In this document: positions 33,931-44,001 of the stretch, piece by piece
How the letters are laid out: each line of letters starts with the position of its first letter
Position numbering within the stretch: position 1 is the stretch's first letter
Source: Bryobacterales bacterium
GTDB taxonomy: Bacteria > Acidobacteriota > Terriglobia > Bryobacterales > UBA6623
Assembly: GCA_963422375.2 (NCBI GenBank)
Contig: OY729428.2
Coordinates: 96,001-160,000, forward strand
Length of the DNA stretch: 64,000 bases
Direction of reading: 5' to 3'
Translations under genes and position numbers: made by a program
Notes under the pieces: generated by a model
What the model saw: the letters and a program-made list of their open reading frames with translations, nothing else
What the model was told of the DNA's origin: nothing
Databases searched by the model: none

Positions 33931-35127
33931 ATGCGGGGAAGCACCGCACCTGCGAAGCCCGCCGCGACCCGGCTGGCGGCGCTCGCGCTTGGCGCCGCGG
34001 CGGCACTGGCCGCCCAGGACGGCGGCGACCTCTTCGACCCCGAGACGCTGTTCGAGTCCGACCAGCCGGCCATCTTCCTCGAGGAGATCGAGGAGGTGAC
34101 GGTGCCGGTCACGGTCCGCAGCCGCAACGGCGACTACGTCCACGACATGATCGTGGAGGATTTCACGGTCTTCGACAACGACGCGGAGCAGGCGATCGTC
34201 GGCTTCGACGTCAGCTTCCTGCCGATCTCGATGGTCATTTGCGTGCAGACCAGCGACCGCGTGGAGGGCATCCTCGGCGAGGTCCGCAAGTCCGCCTACC
34301 TGTTCACCGAGCTGGTGCTCGGCCAGCACGGCGAGGCCGCCGTCATGACGTTCGACAGCCGCGTCAAGCTGCTCGAAGACTTCACTAGCGACACCAAGAA
34401 GATCGAGCAGGCCCTGCAGGGCATGCGCATCGGCACGTCCGCAGTGGCGCTGGCCGACGCGATGTACAGCGCGATCCGCATGCTGCTCAAGCGGCCGGAG
34501 AACCACCGCAAGATCATCGTGGCGATCTCGGAATCGCAGAACAACGGCAGCCGCATCGGTCTCGGCGAGAGCCTGCGAACGGCCCAGCTCTACAACATCG
34601 CGATCTATCCCGTGCGGCTGTCCACGCTGTCGGCGCGGCTGCGGCGGAAGGAGCAGGTCAAGCCGCCGAACATCCCGGCCGGAGTAGTCGTGCGCCCGAC
34701 GATGCCGGGCACGCCCGTCACGCCGACGGCCCAGCAGCAGAGCCGGTACAGCGTGACCCCGAACATGATCCCGATCGTCATCGACCTAGTGCGCGGGGTC
34801 AAGAACCTGATCTTCGACAACCCGCTGGAAGTGCTGGCCGACGGGACGGGCGGCCGCGACTTCAGCCCGCGGTCGGCTCAGGGCGTGCAGGAGGCCATCA
34901 TTCGCATCGGCGAGGACATCCGCAGCCAGTACAGGCTCAGCTACCGGCCGAACAACCTGAACGAGCGGGGCATCTTCCATCGCATTCGCGTCGATGTGCC
35001 CTACGAGAAGCTGCGACTCCGGCATCGCATGGGCTACTTCCACGGCCCCACGGCGGTGCCGGACGGAGAGCCCGTCGAGCCGACTTCAGATGCGTCCGCC
35101 CCGTCGCAGAATGCGCAGGAGCCCTAG
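33931..35127 (+). CDS. VWA-domain protein (acidobacterial VWFA-related)
   Basis: VTVPVTV...DFTVFDN, FTSD, LA..TGG, DIRSQY.LSY.P. MIDAS motif degenerate. Confidence 0.8.
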   Translation: MRGSTAPAKPAATRLAALALGAAAALAAQDGGDLFDPETLFESDQPAIFLEEIEEVTVPVTVRSRNGDYVHDMIVEDFTVFDNDAEQAIVGFDVSFLPISMVICVQTSDRVEGILGEVRKSAYLFTELVLGQHGEAAVMTFDSRVKLLEDFTSDTKKIEQALQGMRIGTSAVALADAMYSAIRMLLKRPENHRKIIVAISESQNNGSRIGLGESLRTAQLYNIAIYPVRLSTLSARLRRKEQVKPPNIPAGVVVRPTMPGTPVTPTAQQQSRYSVTPNMIPIVIDLVRGVKNLIFDNPLEVLADGTGGRDFSPRSAQGVQEAIIRIGEDIRSQYRLSYRPNNLNERGIFHRIRVDVPYEKLRLRHRMGYFHGPTAVPDGEPVEPTSDASAPSQNAQEP

Positions 35128-36855
35128 GCCCGCGGCGACCGAGACCGACCCGCCCAGCGCGGCCCGGAGCGGCTGGCCGTACAGGGCGTAGCCGGTGCTG
35201 AACAGGCAGGCGTAGATCGCGACCGAGCCCAGAAACGAGGCGGCGAGCGGCGCGCCCAGGCCGGGGACGCCATCCGAATGCCCCACCGGCCCGGCGAGAC
35301 GGGCCACCGGGCCCCATCCCGGCCCGGGCGGGCGGATCTTGCGGTAGAACGCGACCAGGGTCTGCATATCGGCGGGCGGCGCCAAATACGCGCAGGGCAG
35401 CCAGCACACGGTTGTCAGGCCCACGCCCAGCAGCAGCTGCTGCCAGCTGTCGAGGGCGGATCCGAACAGCGGCAGTAGCAGCGCCACTGAGAACGACGCG
35501 ACCATCGCGACGATTTCCGTCGCGGCGTTCACGCGCCACCAGAACCACCGCAGCAGGTACAGCAGCCCGGTCCCCGCGCCGATCTGCAGCAGAATCTGGA
35601 ACATGCCCAAGGCGCTCTCGATCATCAGCGAGACCGCGCACGCCAGCACCATCAGAAGGACCGTGAAACCCCGTCCGGCCCATACCAGCTCGCGCTGGGT
35701 CGCGGCCGGGCGGAAGAAGCGGCGGAAGAAGTCGCTGACCAGGATGGACGAGCCCCAGTTGACGGAGGTGGACATCGTCGACATGTAGGCCGCCGCGAGC
35801 GACGTGACGACCAAGCCCAGCAAGCCGGCGGGCAGGAACGTCAGCATCGCCGGGTACGCCAAGTCGTTCTGCACGACGGTCTCGGGCACGTGGGGGAAGC
35901 GCTCCCGGAGGTCCTCGAGACCCGGGAACACGACCATCGAAGCGAGGGCCACCAAGATCCACGGCCACGGCCGGACCGCGTAGTGCAACAGATTGAAGAG
36001 GAGAGTCGCGCCCAGCGCGTGGCTCTCATCCTTCGCCGAGAGCATGCGCTGCACGAGGTGTCCTCCGCCGCCAGGTTCCGATCCGGGGTAGTACGCCGCC
36101 CACCACTGCACCAGGAGCGGGATCAAGAACACGGGCGCGAGGTCGGACCACTGCATGGTCTCCAGCGAGGGCCAGATGGCCAGCCGGGTCCGCACCTGGT
36201 CGTGGGCGATCAGTCCGGCCAACCCGCCAACCTCGGGCAGCCGCACGATATAGGCCGCCGCGGCCACCGAGCCGACCATCGCCATGCAGAACTGGACGAG
36301 GTCGGTCAGCAGCACGCCCTGCAGACCGCCTAGCGCGCTGTACAGCAGCGTGACGCTCGCGGCGACGACGACGGTCTGGGCCGGGGTCCACCCGAGCATG
36401 ACCGAGCCGATCTTGATCGCGGCGAGGGTCACGGCCGCCATGATCAGTACGTTGAACACAAGCCCAAGATAGAGTCCGCGGAACGCCCGCAGGAACGCGG
36501 CCGCCCTGCCCGCGTAGCGGATCTCGTAGAACTCGACGTCCGTAGAGACGCCGGAGCGCCGCCACAGCTTGGCGCACAGAAAGACCGTCAGCATGCCGGA
36601 CAGAAGGAAGGCCCACCAGGTCCAGTTCCCGAGCACGCCGTCGCGACGCACGATGTCGGCAACCAGGTTCGGCGTGTCCGTGGAAAACGTGGTCGCCACC
36701 ATCGACACCCCGAGCAGCCACCAAGGCTGCCTTCGACCGGCTAGGAAGAAGGAGGAGAAGTCGCTGCCGGCCGACCGCGACACGCGCAGCCCGACCGCCA
36801 GCGAGAACGCCAGGAAGCCGCCGAGGATCAGCCAGTCGGCCGCGGCCAATTGCAT
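35086..36855 (-). CDS. Sodium:solute symporter family protein
   Basis: FFLAGR, SMVATTFSTDTP, QRMLSAKDE, AAYMST. Confidence 0.9.
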   Translation of the reverse strand: MQLAAADWLILGGFLAFSLAVGLRVSRSAGSDFSSFFLAGRRQPWWLLGVSMVATTFSTDTPNLVADIVRRDGVLGNWTWWAFLLSGMLTVFLCAKLWRRSGVSTDVEFYEIRYAGRAAAFLRAFRGLYLGLVFNVLIMAAVTLAAIKIGSVMLGWTPAQTVVVAASVTLLYSALGGLQGVLLTDLVQFCMAMVGSVAAAAYIVRLPEVGGLAGLIAHDQVRTRLAIWPSLETMQWSDLAPVFLIPLLVQWWAAYYPGSEPGGGGHLVQRMLSAKDESHALGATLLFNLLHYAVRPWPWILVALASMVVFPGLEDLRERFPHVPETVVQNDLAYPAMLTFLPAGLLGLVVTSLAAAYMSTMSTSVNWGSSILVSDFFRRFFRPAATQRELVWAGRGFTVLLMVLACAVSLMIESALGMFQILLQIGAGTGLLYLLRWFWWRVNAATEIVAMVASFSVALLLPLFGSALDSWQQLLLGVGLTTVCWLPCAYLAPPADMQTLVAFYRKIRPPGPGWGPVARLAGPVGHSDGVPGLGAPLAASFLGSVAIYACLFSTGYALYGQPLRAALGGSVSVAAGLGLLRILRRGGRI

Positions 36856-36956
36856 CAGGGGCCCCCTCCGAGGGCGGGGCGCATGCCAGCTCGATCTCGC
36901 CGCACCCGGGCCGGGCGGCAGCGAGGCGGGTCGCCTAGGCGCCGCGGGGAATCCAT

Positions 36957-37874
36957 CTAGAGCTGGCGGACCGCTCGCAGGAGACCTAGGAGAGAGTGCT
37001 CGCTCGCCGCAGCCTTGCTGCCGTCAATCCTGTAGTGAGTCTCGAGAGAGAATACGCCCCGGTAGCCGTCCCGCAAGAGCGCCTTCATCTGGCCGGCATG
37101 GTCGAACTCGCCGTCGCCTACGCCGCACCATTCCACGGTGCCGTCCCTCAAGCGGCGGTAGTCGCGCAGATGCACATGCGCGATCCGGGCGGGATCGAGC
37201 GAGTCATATCCGGCAGGGAACGGCTCCGGATCGCCCGCCCGCGCGGAATTGTTCGGATCCCAAGTCAGGCCGAGCCCGGGGGACGCGACCTCGCGCAGGA
37301 GAGCTTCCGAATGCGCGGCGGTCGCGACGTAGCTTCCCGCCACGTTTTCCAGAGCGAGCCGGAAGCCCGCCCGGACGGCTCTCTCGGCAGACTCCTCCAC
37401 GAGGTCGTAAATCCGCGGGTACGCGCTCGAGTCGGGCGACTCGCCGCGCCTGTACGTGAACGCAAACGTCCGGATCAGCCGGGTGCCGAGGATGGCCGCC
37501 CGCTCAAAGGCCCGCTCGAGCAGCGCCCACTGGGAGTCGAGCGCCTCCGCTCCAGCGACCGTGCCCTCATCCGGCAGCGGAACCTTGAAGAAGGACGTGT
37601 CGAGAACCGCGAGCCGCACACCCGCCGCGTCCAGCATTCCCCGCGCCTCGCGGATGCGGTCGAGGGGGAGCGAGGTGTTGTACCGGTCCCAGAGCTGCCG
37701 AATCTCGCAGAACTCCAGCCCGTGGCGCACAAGGAATTTCAAGGCGACCGCCAAGTCGTCGTCGATCTCGTCGGTGGTCACCGCCAGCCGCGCCTCGGGC
37801 GAGCCGGCAAGCGCCAGACTCGCGGGAATGGTCGCGCCCGCCCGGAGGAAGGCTCTGCGGGTTGAACGTGCCAC
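36957..37874 (-). CDS. Sugar phosphate isomerase/epimerase (xylose isomerase-like TIM barrel), Tat signal
   Basis: TRRAFL, LALEN, WDPNN, HVHLRD, SLETH. Confidence 0.8.
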   Translation of the reverse strand: MARSTRRAFLRAGATIPASLALAGSPEARLAVTTDEIDDDLAVALKFLVRHGLEFCEIRQLWDRYNTSLPLDRIREARGMLDAAGVRLAVLDTSFFKVPLPDEGTVAGAEALDSQWALLERAFERAAILGTRLIRTFAFTYRRGESPDSSAYPRIYDLVEESAERAVRAGFRLALENVAGSYVATAAHSEALLREVASPGLGLTWDPNNSARAGDPEPFPAGYDSLDPARIAHVHLRDYRRLRDGTVEWCGVGDGEFDHAGQMKALLRDGYRGVFSLETHYRIDGSKAAASEHSLLGLLRAVRQL

Positions 37875-37893
37875 GGCCTACGGATTATAACGG

Positions 37894-39547
37894 GTGCCTG
37901 GACTGCGCCGACTGCCGGAGGCCTCGACGCAAAGAGGTACCGCATGCGCCGTCGGTCTCGCGAGATGCCTGATCGGCACCTCGCTGGCATCCGCGCTGCC
38001 GGGCGCGGCGGCCCGGGCCGCGTTCCGCTTGCAACGCGCGGAGCTGGTCGCCCGTCGGTTCGGGCAATTCGTGGCTCCGCCGACCGATGCGTCGGGGCTG
38101 GCTCACGCCTTCAACGAGTTCGGCATCGTCTGGCTGTCCGGCACCGCCGCCCTCGCCTGCGCGGGCCTCTTGGCACTTGTCGCACCGGTGCCAGCCCCCG
38201 ACCCGGAGGTGGGTCTCTCCCCGCAGGAGCTGGCGGAGCAATCCACCGCCGCATCCCTGGCGGGCGCTCACCAGGCCGGCGCGGCGATACGGACCACAGC
38301 CGAGGGTCGGCGCCGGGCCGCTGCTGGCTATGCGGCTCGCGTGGGGAAAGCCCCGATCCCGCGCCATGGCCTGGCGCTGACTCGCTACGCCGTAGGCAAG
38401 TTCGCGCGATCCCCGCTGAGAGCCGCTGCGTCGAGGATCGCCTGCGAGCAGGTACGCTACGCGCTCTCAGGGGCGCTCGGCGACGAGGGGGCTTACCTGT
38501 CCCCTCTGGTTCGCGACGCCGAGGGCGGGAATTGGATCGAGGGCCTTGCGCCGGATTGCGAGGACCGCGTACCCGCCAGCGAGGGGCGATTCCTTCCATT
38601 TCCCCGCCGCCCGGCCCCGCCCTACCTCAAGGGAATCTCGTTCTCGCGCGAGGGCCGGGGCGACAGGGGATACGGCAGCGCGGTCGCCTGCCGGCGAGCC
38701 GCGGAGGATTCGTGGAATCGGGGCCACCGTCGTCGCCCTCGTGCCGTACGCCTTCACGCGGGCTCCGGACGAGACACACATTTGTATCCAGACGCTCGAG
38801 ACCGATGCGCGTCTCGCGCGGGCCGCCCGCCAAGCCCGGGACCTAGGCCTGCGCGTCATGCTCAAGCCGCACATCTGGGCGGGCCGCAGATTCCACGGCC
38901 CCGTTTCCCGCCACAGCGCGGCTCGCTTCGAGACCTGGCTCGACGACGACCGCCGCTGGATGCTGCATGATGCCCGCCTCTCCCAGACTGACGGCATCGA
39001 CGTGCTGGCCGTCGGCAGCGAACTGGCTGGCCTGACGCTCCGCGAGGACGCCGGGCGGCAGCGGATTCGGCGGGTGCGCGCCGTGTACCGCGGTCCGCTG
39101 GCCCACGCCGCCCACCGGGGAGAGGTACTCGAGCGGATCCGCTTCTGAGACGAGCTGGACTACATCGGCGTCAACTTCCGCTTCCCGATCGCCGCTCCCG
39201 GAGCCGAGCCTAGGCTGGACTCGCCGGAAGTCGCGGCGGCCTCCCGCGCCATCGAGGGAGTGCGGGAGCGCTTCCCCAGGCCTGTCCTGTTCACGGAGGT
39301 CGGATTCCCGGCTCCGGCGACCGCGGCCGCGCGTCCGTGGGAGAAGAGCGGCAGCGCGCTGGACGCGGGCCTCCAAGCGCGCTGCTTCGACGAATGGCTG
39401 GAGCGATTCGCCCGCGTGCTCGACGTGCGCGGAATGTTCTGGTGGAAGTTTCCCAGCCACGGGCGGGGCGGCCCATTCGACCCGTCGCACCGCCCTCTCG
39501 CCAAGCCGGCGATGGCAGAGCCGCGGGACTGGTTCGCAACGCCGTGA
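37894..39547 (+). pseudogene. Glycoside hydrolase family 113-like gene, broken
   Basis: KGISFS, VMLKPHIW, AVGSEL, LDYIGV, LFTEVGF, GMFWWK. Frameshift near 38690 and TGA at 39146. 5' start uncertain. Confidence 0.65.
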
Positions 39548-39575
39548 GGCCTTCCGCCGGTGCGCGCAGCCCGGC

Positions 39576-41171
39576 TCAGTCGTAGTACTCCAGACCTAGG
39601 TGCGTGATCATCTGCTCGCCCGCCATCCACCGGAGCGTGTTCTTCAGCTTCGTCAGCTGGATGAAGATATCGTGCTCGGGATACAGCTGCGGAGGAACCA
39701 TGGGCGACTTGAAGTAGAACGAGAGCCACTCCTGGATGCCGGCCATGCCTGCGCGCTGGGCCAGGTCGAGGAAGAGGGCGAGGTCCAGCGCCAGGGGCGC
39801 CGCGAGGATCGAGTCGCGGCAGAGGAAATTGACCTTCAGCTGCATCGGGTAGCCCAGCCAGCCCGTGATGTCGATGTTGTCCCAGCCCTCCTTGTTGTCG
39901 CCCCGCGGCGGGTAGTAGTTGATGCGCACCATGTGGGCGAGATCCCGGTAGAGCTCAGGGTACTGGTCCGGCTGCAGGATCACCTCGAGGGCGCCAAGCT
40001 TGCTCTCTTCCTTGGTCTTGAACGATTCCGGCTCGTCCAGCACCACGCCGTCGCGGTTACCCAGGATATTGGTCGAGAACCATCCCTCGACCCCGAGCAG
40101 GCGGGCCTTCAGCCCCGGGGCGATCAGGGTCTTGATGTAGGTCTGGCCTGTCTTGAAGTCCTTGCCGCAGACGGGCACCCCACGGTCCTTGGCGAGCTGC
40201 TGCATCGCGGGCACGTCGACGGTCAGGTTGGGAGCGCCGTTGGCGAACGGCACGCCGCACTGCAGCGCCGCCCATGCGTAGATCTGCGACGGCGCGATGG
40301 CCGGGTCGTCGGCGAGCAGACCGGTCTCGAAGGCTTCCGTTGACGCATGCACCTCGGTCGCCCGCTGGTGGATCTCGGTGGACCCGCACCAGACCATGAC
40401 GGCCCTGTCGAGCCCGTTGGCGCTCTTGAAGTCCTCGATGTCGCGGACCAGCGCCTCGGCCAGCGCCATCTTGCTGGTGCCCCGCTTGACGTGCGCGCCG
40501 TCGAGGCGCGGCACGTAGCGTCTCTCGAAGACGCCCGGCATCGCGCGCACGGCGCGCAGCTCCCGCTCCGCCTCCGCCAGCATCGCGGGCTCGATGACAC
40601 CGGCAGCCAGAGCGCTCTCGTAGCAGTCCTGGTCCAGGATGTCCCAGCCGCCGAAGACCAGGCCGGCCGGATCCTGCAGCGGAACGAGCTCGCGGATCAG
40701 GGGGTTGCGCCGGTCCGTGCGCTTGCTGAGGCGGATCCGCCCCATCTGCGTCAGGGAGCCGACCGGCCGTCCACGGCACTTCGCGACCAGCGCCACGCCG
40801 CCGATCAGGGTCGTGGCCACGGACCCGAGGCCCGGCAGCAGCACCCCCAGGCGGCCGTCGGGGGGTGCGATCGCCGGCGCCGCCTTGCGCGAGAGAAAGT
40901 GCTCGGCGAAGCGGGCAGGGTCGCGTTCGACCGTCCGGCCGTTTCCGGCCAGCAGGCGCTCCTGGCGGCTGTCGGCGACGAACAGGCCCCGCTCGATGCA
41001 GTCCCGCAGCTCCCACAAGGGGATTCCGAGCACATCCGAGATCTGCGCGGCGTCGCTGAATTTCAGGTCGCGCTTGCGCTGCACGAGGGCGAGGTAGAGA
41101 TGCTGGTAGCCGATCCGGGTGCTCTCGGCGAGCAGCTTGAGGTTGACGGAGTACGCCGCGTGGTTATCCAT
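39576..41171 (-). CDS. ino1: Inositol-3-phosphate synthase with N-terminal HTH-like extension
   Basis: GLGSVATT, FGGWD, WCGSTE, GKDFKTGQT, TNILGNRDG, GDNKEGWD, CRDSILAAP. About 100 extra N-terminal aa. Confidence 0.93.
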   Translation of the reverse strand: MDNHAAYSVNLKLLAESTRIGYQHLYLALVQRKRDLKFSDAAQISDVLGIPLWELRDCIERGLFVADSRQERLLAGNGRTVERDPARFAEHFLSRKAAPAIAPPDGRLGVLLPGLGSVATTLIGGVALVAKCRGRPVGSLTQMGRIRLSKRTDRRNPLIRELVPLQDPAGLVFGGWDILDQDCYESALAAGVIEPAMLAEAERELRAVRAMPGVFERRYVPRLDGAHVKRGTSKMALAEALVRDIEDFKSANGLDRAVMVWCGSTEIHQRATEVHASTEAFETGLLADDPAIAPSQIYAWAALQCGVPFANGAPNLTVDVPAMQQLAKDRGVPVCGKDFKTGQTYIKTLIAPGLKARLLGVEGWFSTNILGNRDGVVLDEPESFKTKEESKLGALEVILQPDQYPELYRDLAHMVRINYYPPRGDNKEGWDNIDITGWLGYPMQLKVNFLCRDSILAAPLALDLALFLDLAQRAGMAGIQEWLSFYFKSPMVPPQLYPEHDIFIQLTKLKNTLRWMAGEQMITHLGLEYYD

Positions 41172-41177
41172 AGGATA

Positions 41178-41210
41178 ATTATAAGTCATCTTGATTTTCT
41201 GACAGAAAAT
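41178..41210 (-). promoter_or_regulatory. Putative leaderless sigma70 promoter of ino1 with palindromic operator
   Basis: Minus-strand TATAAT at 41183-41178, 6 nt before the ATG. Perfect inverted repeat ATTTTCTG-A-CAGAAAAT at 41194-41210 covering the -35 region. Confidence 0.6.
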
Positions 41211-41400
41211 TTCGGATCCCGTTGGGACGCCGGCAGGCAGCGACCGGACCGGGTCCGCAGGATCTCCCGCAGGCCGGGCGGCCCCCTTGAGGCGCTGTGG
41301 TATCCTTGGGGTGCGGGGCGATTGGGTGCTCCGTGTCCCGCCCCCGGGGACCGGTTCAGGGGGCAATCACCAGAAACGAACAGGAAGAGTCTCGCCCGCT

Positions 41401-41778
41401 ATGGGACACAACATCTTTTTCGGCAATCTGCCGACCTGGGTCACGGCGGACGACATCAAGTCGTGGCTCGAAAGCAGCGATCTCGTCTGCGACGCCGTAC
41501 GCGTCATCCGGGACTTCGAAACTCAGGAATCGAAGGGCTACGCCTTCGTCGAAGCGCCGAACGAAGAGGAGATGCAGGCCATCATCCGTCGCTTCAACCG
41601 CGCGCCGATCGACGACAAGCTCCTCCGGGCCAAGGCGGCCCATCCGAAGGGCGACAAGTCCCAAGCCCAGCGCAGGCCTAGCCGCAGGCGCGGAACCGGG
41701 GGCCCCAGCAAGCCACGCAAGGATGCTCCGGAGAAGCAGGTCGGCGCCTTCGGCGAAGCCCTGCAGAAAGCCCTCTAG
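41401..41778 (+). CDS. RRM RNA-binding protein
   Basis: RNP2 IFFGNL and RNP1 KGYAFVE, basic C-terminal tail. Confidence 0.88.
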   Translation: MGHNIFFGNLPTWVTADDIKSWLESSDLVCDAVRVIRDFETQESKGYAFVEAPNEEEMQAIIRRFNRAPIDDKLLRAKAAHPKGDKSQAQRRPSRRRGTGGPSKPRKDAPEKQVGAFGEALQKAL

Positions 41779-41802
41779 GCCCGTCGCGACCCGGCCGCCC
41801 GG

Positions 41803-43137
41803 TCAGGCCGCGGGACGCTTGCGGTACTGCGGCGGTGCGTCGGGGCGGTTCGTGCCGTCGCCCTCGTAGCCCGGATGGCGAGGCGGGGCGAGATCCAGCA
41901 CGCGTTCCGTCAGCGGGTCGAAGGACATCATCCGGCCCGAGCGGTACGAGTCGACGCCAAGCTTGATCGCTACCATTACTTGGTAGCCGAAGCGGGCGTC
42001 GAAGATCGGCTTGCCCCGCGTCCGCACGCAACCGATGAAATCCCGCATGTGGGCCGTGCGGGCGGTCTGCTGGTCGCGATTGTCCACCTCGACCCGGACG
42101 AGGTCGGTTCCGGAGCGTCGGCGGAACTCGTCGGCGTGGAGGCGCTCGGGACGGGCCTCGACCACTCCGGGCGAGAGCGAGATCGAGGCGCGCTGGCCGA
42201 AAATGGCGGGGCCGTGCAGGAGGTTCGGAGCCTGCGAGCCGCTCGCCCCGACAAGGTTCACGACCATGTCGCCGTACTCGACGGTCGTCGAGTACGTGTC
42301 GGGCACTTGGCGGTTCGGGAACAGGTAAATGCCGCCGTGCCCGCTCACGCGCTGAGGAAACCGCGGGCCCGCCGCGTACAGCAGCGGGCTGAGGCGGTGG
42401 TATAGAAAGTCCGTCCCGATGCCCCCGGAGAAGTCCCAGTACTTGCGCCAGCGGAAGAACCGCTCCCCGCTGAAGGGCTGGTCCGGCGCGTCGCCCAGAA
42501 AGCGCTTCCAGTCCACGGTGGCCGGGCTTGCCTCCTCGTCGACGTAGTACTGCCAGACGCCGTCGGGGTGGTTCGACGAGTAGCTGGACTGCGCCATAAG
42601 CACGGGCCCCGCGAGGCCCCCGCGCACCATCTCGCGCGCCTCGGCGTACGCCGGGTCGGACACCCACTGGCTGCCGACCTGCAGGACGCGGCCGGTCTCC
42701 TCGACTGTCTCGGCGATCGCGCGAGCCTCGGGAATCGTCCGCGACATCGGCTTCTCGAGATACACGTCCTTGCCGGCGCGCATCGCGTCGATCGCCATCC
42801 TCGCATGCCAATGGTCGGGGGTGGCGATGACCACGGCGTCCACGTCGTCCCGAGCGAGCAGGTCCTCGTACGCGTGATGCACGTCGCGCTCGGCGAGGCC
42901 GGTAAGTTCCCGCGCCCGGAACTTCGCCCGGTCGTAGATGTCGCTGGCCGCCACGACGTCGAGAATTCCGTCCTGCCGCATCATCGGGAGCAGGCGCCGC
43001 TGCAGGTGACGCGTGCCGATGTTTCCGACACCGATGATGCCCACCCTGACGCGGTCGCCGGCCCCCGCTAGCCGCGCGGCAGAAACGGCGGTCGCCGCTC
43101 CCATGAAGACTCGTCTGCTGCTCCCGTCCGAATACAT
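41803..43137 (-). CDS. Gfo/Idh/MocA-family oxidoreductase (Tat-like N-terminus)
   Basis: SRRVF, GIIGVGNIG, IATPDHWH, GKDVYLEKP, WRKYWDFSGG. Confidence 0.9.
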   Translation of the reverse strand: MYSDGSSRRVFMGAATAVSAARLAGAGDRVRVGIIGVGNIGTRHLQRRLLPMMRQDGILDVVAASDIYDRAKFRARELTGLAERDVHHAYEDLLARDDVDAVVIATPDHWHARMAIDAMRAGKDVYLEKPMSRTIPEARAIAETVEETGRVLQVGSQWVSDPAYAEAREMVRGGLAGPVLMAQSSYSSNHPDGVWQYYVDEEASPATVDWKRFLGDAPDQPFSGERFFRWRKYWDFSGGIGTDFLYHRLSPLLYAAGPRFPQRVSGHGGIYLFPNRQVPDTYSTTVEYGDMVVNLVGASGSQAPNLLHGPAIFGQRASISLSPGVVEARPERLHADEFRRRSGTDLVRVEVDNRDQQTARTAHMRDFIGCVRTRGKPIFDARFGYQVMVAIKLGVDSYRSGRMMSFDPLTERVLDLAPPRHPGYEGDGTNRPDAPPQYRKRPAA

Positions 43138-43329
43138 CGCGGCCTCATTCTGGCACGGCACGTCAGACGGGCCGGGAGCCCGCTCCAGGGAGCGTCCGGG
43201 ATCATCCTGGTTTCCCACGAACCTGACCCGAGTCCGGAAGCCGGGCGGACGGCCCAGCCGAGGACGCACTTGCGGGGGCGAGACAGGAGCGGATGCGGGC
43301 CACCCCGCGGCGGCCAAGGGCCCGTCCTA

Positions 43330-43987
43330 GCGAGCGTCCGATACCGGGCAGCTGATGCAGCGCCTGTTCGGCAAGACCCTGACCTACCGGCAGCTGACAG
43401 GCAAGGCCGCGGTCGCGGCCCGAGCGCCGGCTTCAGCGAAGCAAGCTCGGGGAACGGGAGCTGCGCGGGCGCTCCAAGGGCCCCGCCCGTGACGGACCGG
43501 AACCGCAGCTCTCGACGGCAAGCCACAGGAATGCCGCAGCCGGATGGCGGATCGCGAACGCGATTGCGGCGGCGTCCGAGCGGACTGCAGCGCGGCGGGC
43601 ACCCGCCAGTCCGACCGGACCGCCCTGCCGGTTGACGCTGGCTGCCAGAGACCCGAGGGCGTCGCGAGATGCAAGCGGACGGTTCGCCCGGCAGAATTCC
43701 CGACCGAGGCGGTCGGACCGACCGCGGGCAGGCCTAGCTGGAGCAATCGCTGACGCTCCCGATATTCCGGTCGCGAGTGACGACCTCCCGGCTACCGCTC
43801 CGATCGGCCGGGCCTTGCCAAGGTGGCGCACTGCATCTCTCCCACCTCTGTTTTGGGGCCAGCGTCTAGGAGGAAGGCGACGACTTGAAATACGGAACTT
43901 CGCTAGTATTCTCGCTGGCCAGGAATCAACTCCTCCTACCGAAAAATGCTCTTTCCGGCACTATCGGCAGTCAGAAATACAATTCCC
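43330..43987 (+). mobile_element. IS1595-family 3' remnant
   Basis: LMQRLFGKTLTYRQLTGKAAVAARA matches the type A transposase C-terminus. Ends in IR-like TCGGCAGTCAGAAATACAATTCCC. Confidence 0.65.
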
Positions 43988-44001
43988 TTATTCAATGGAC
44001 G

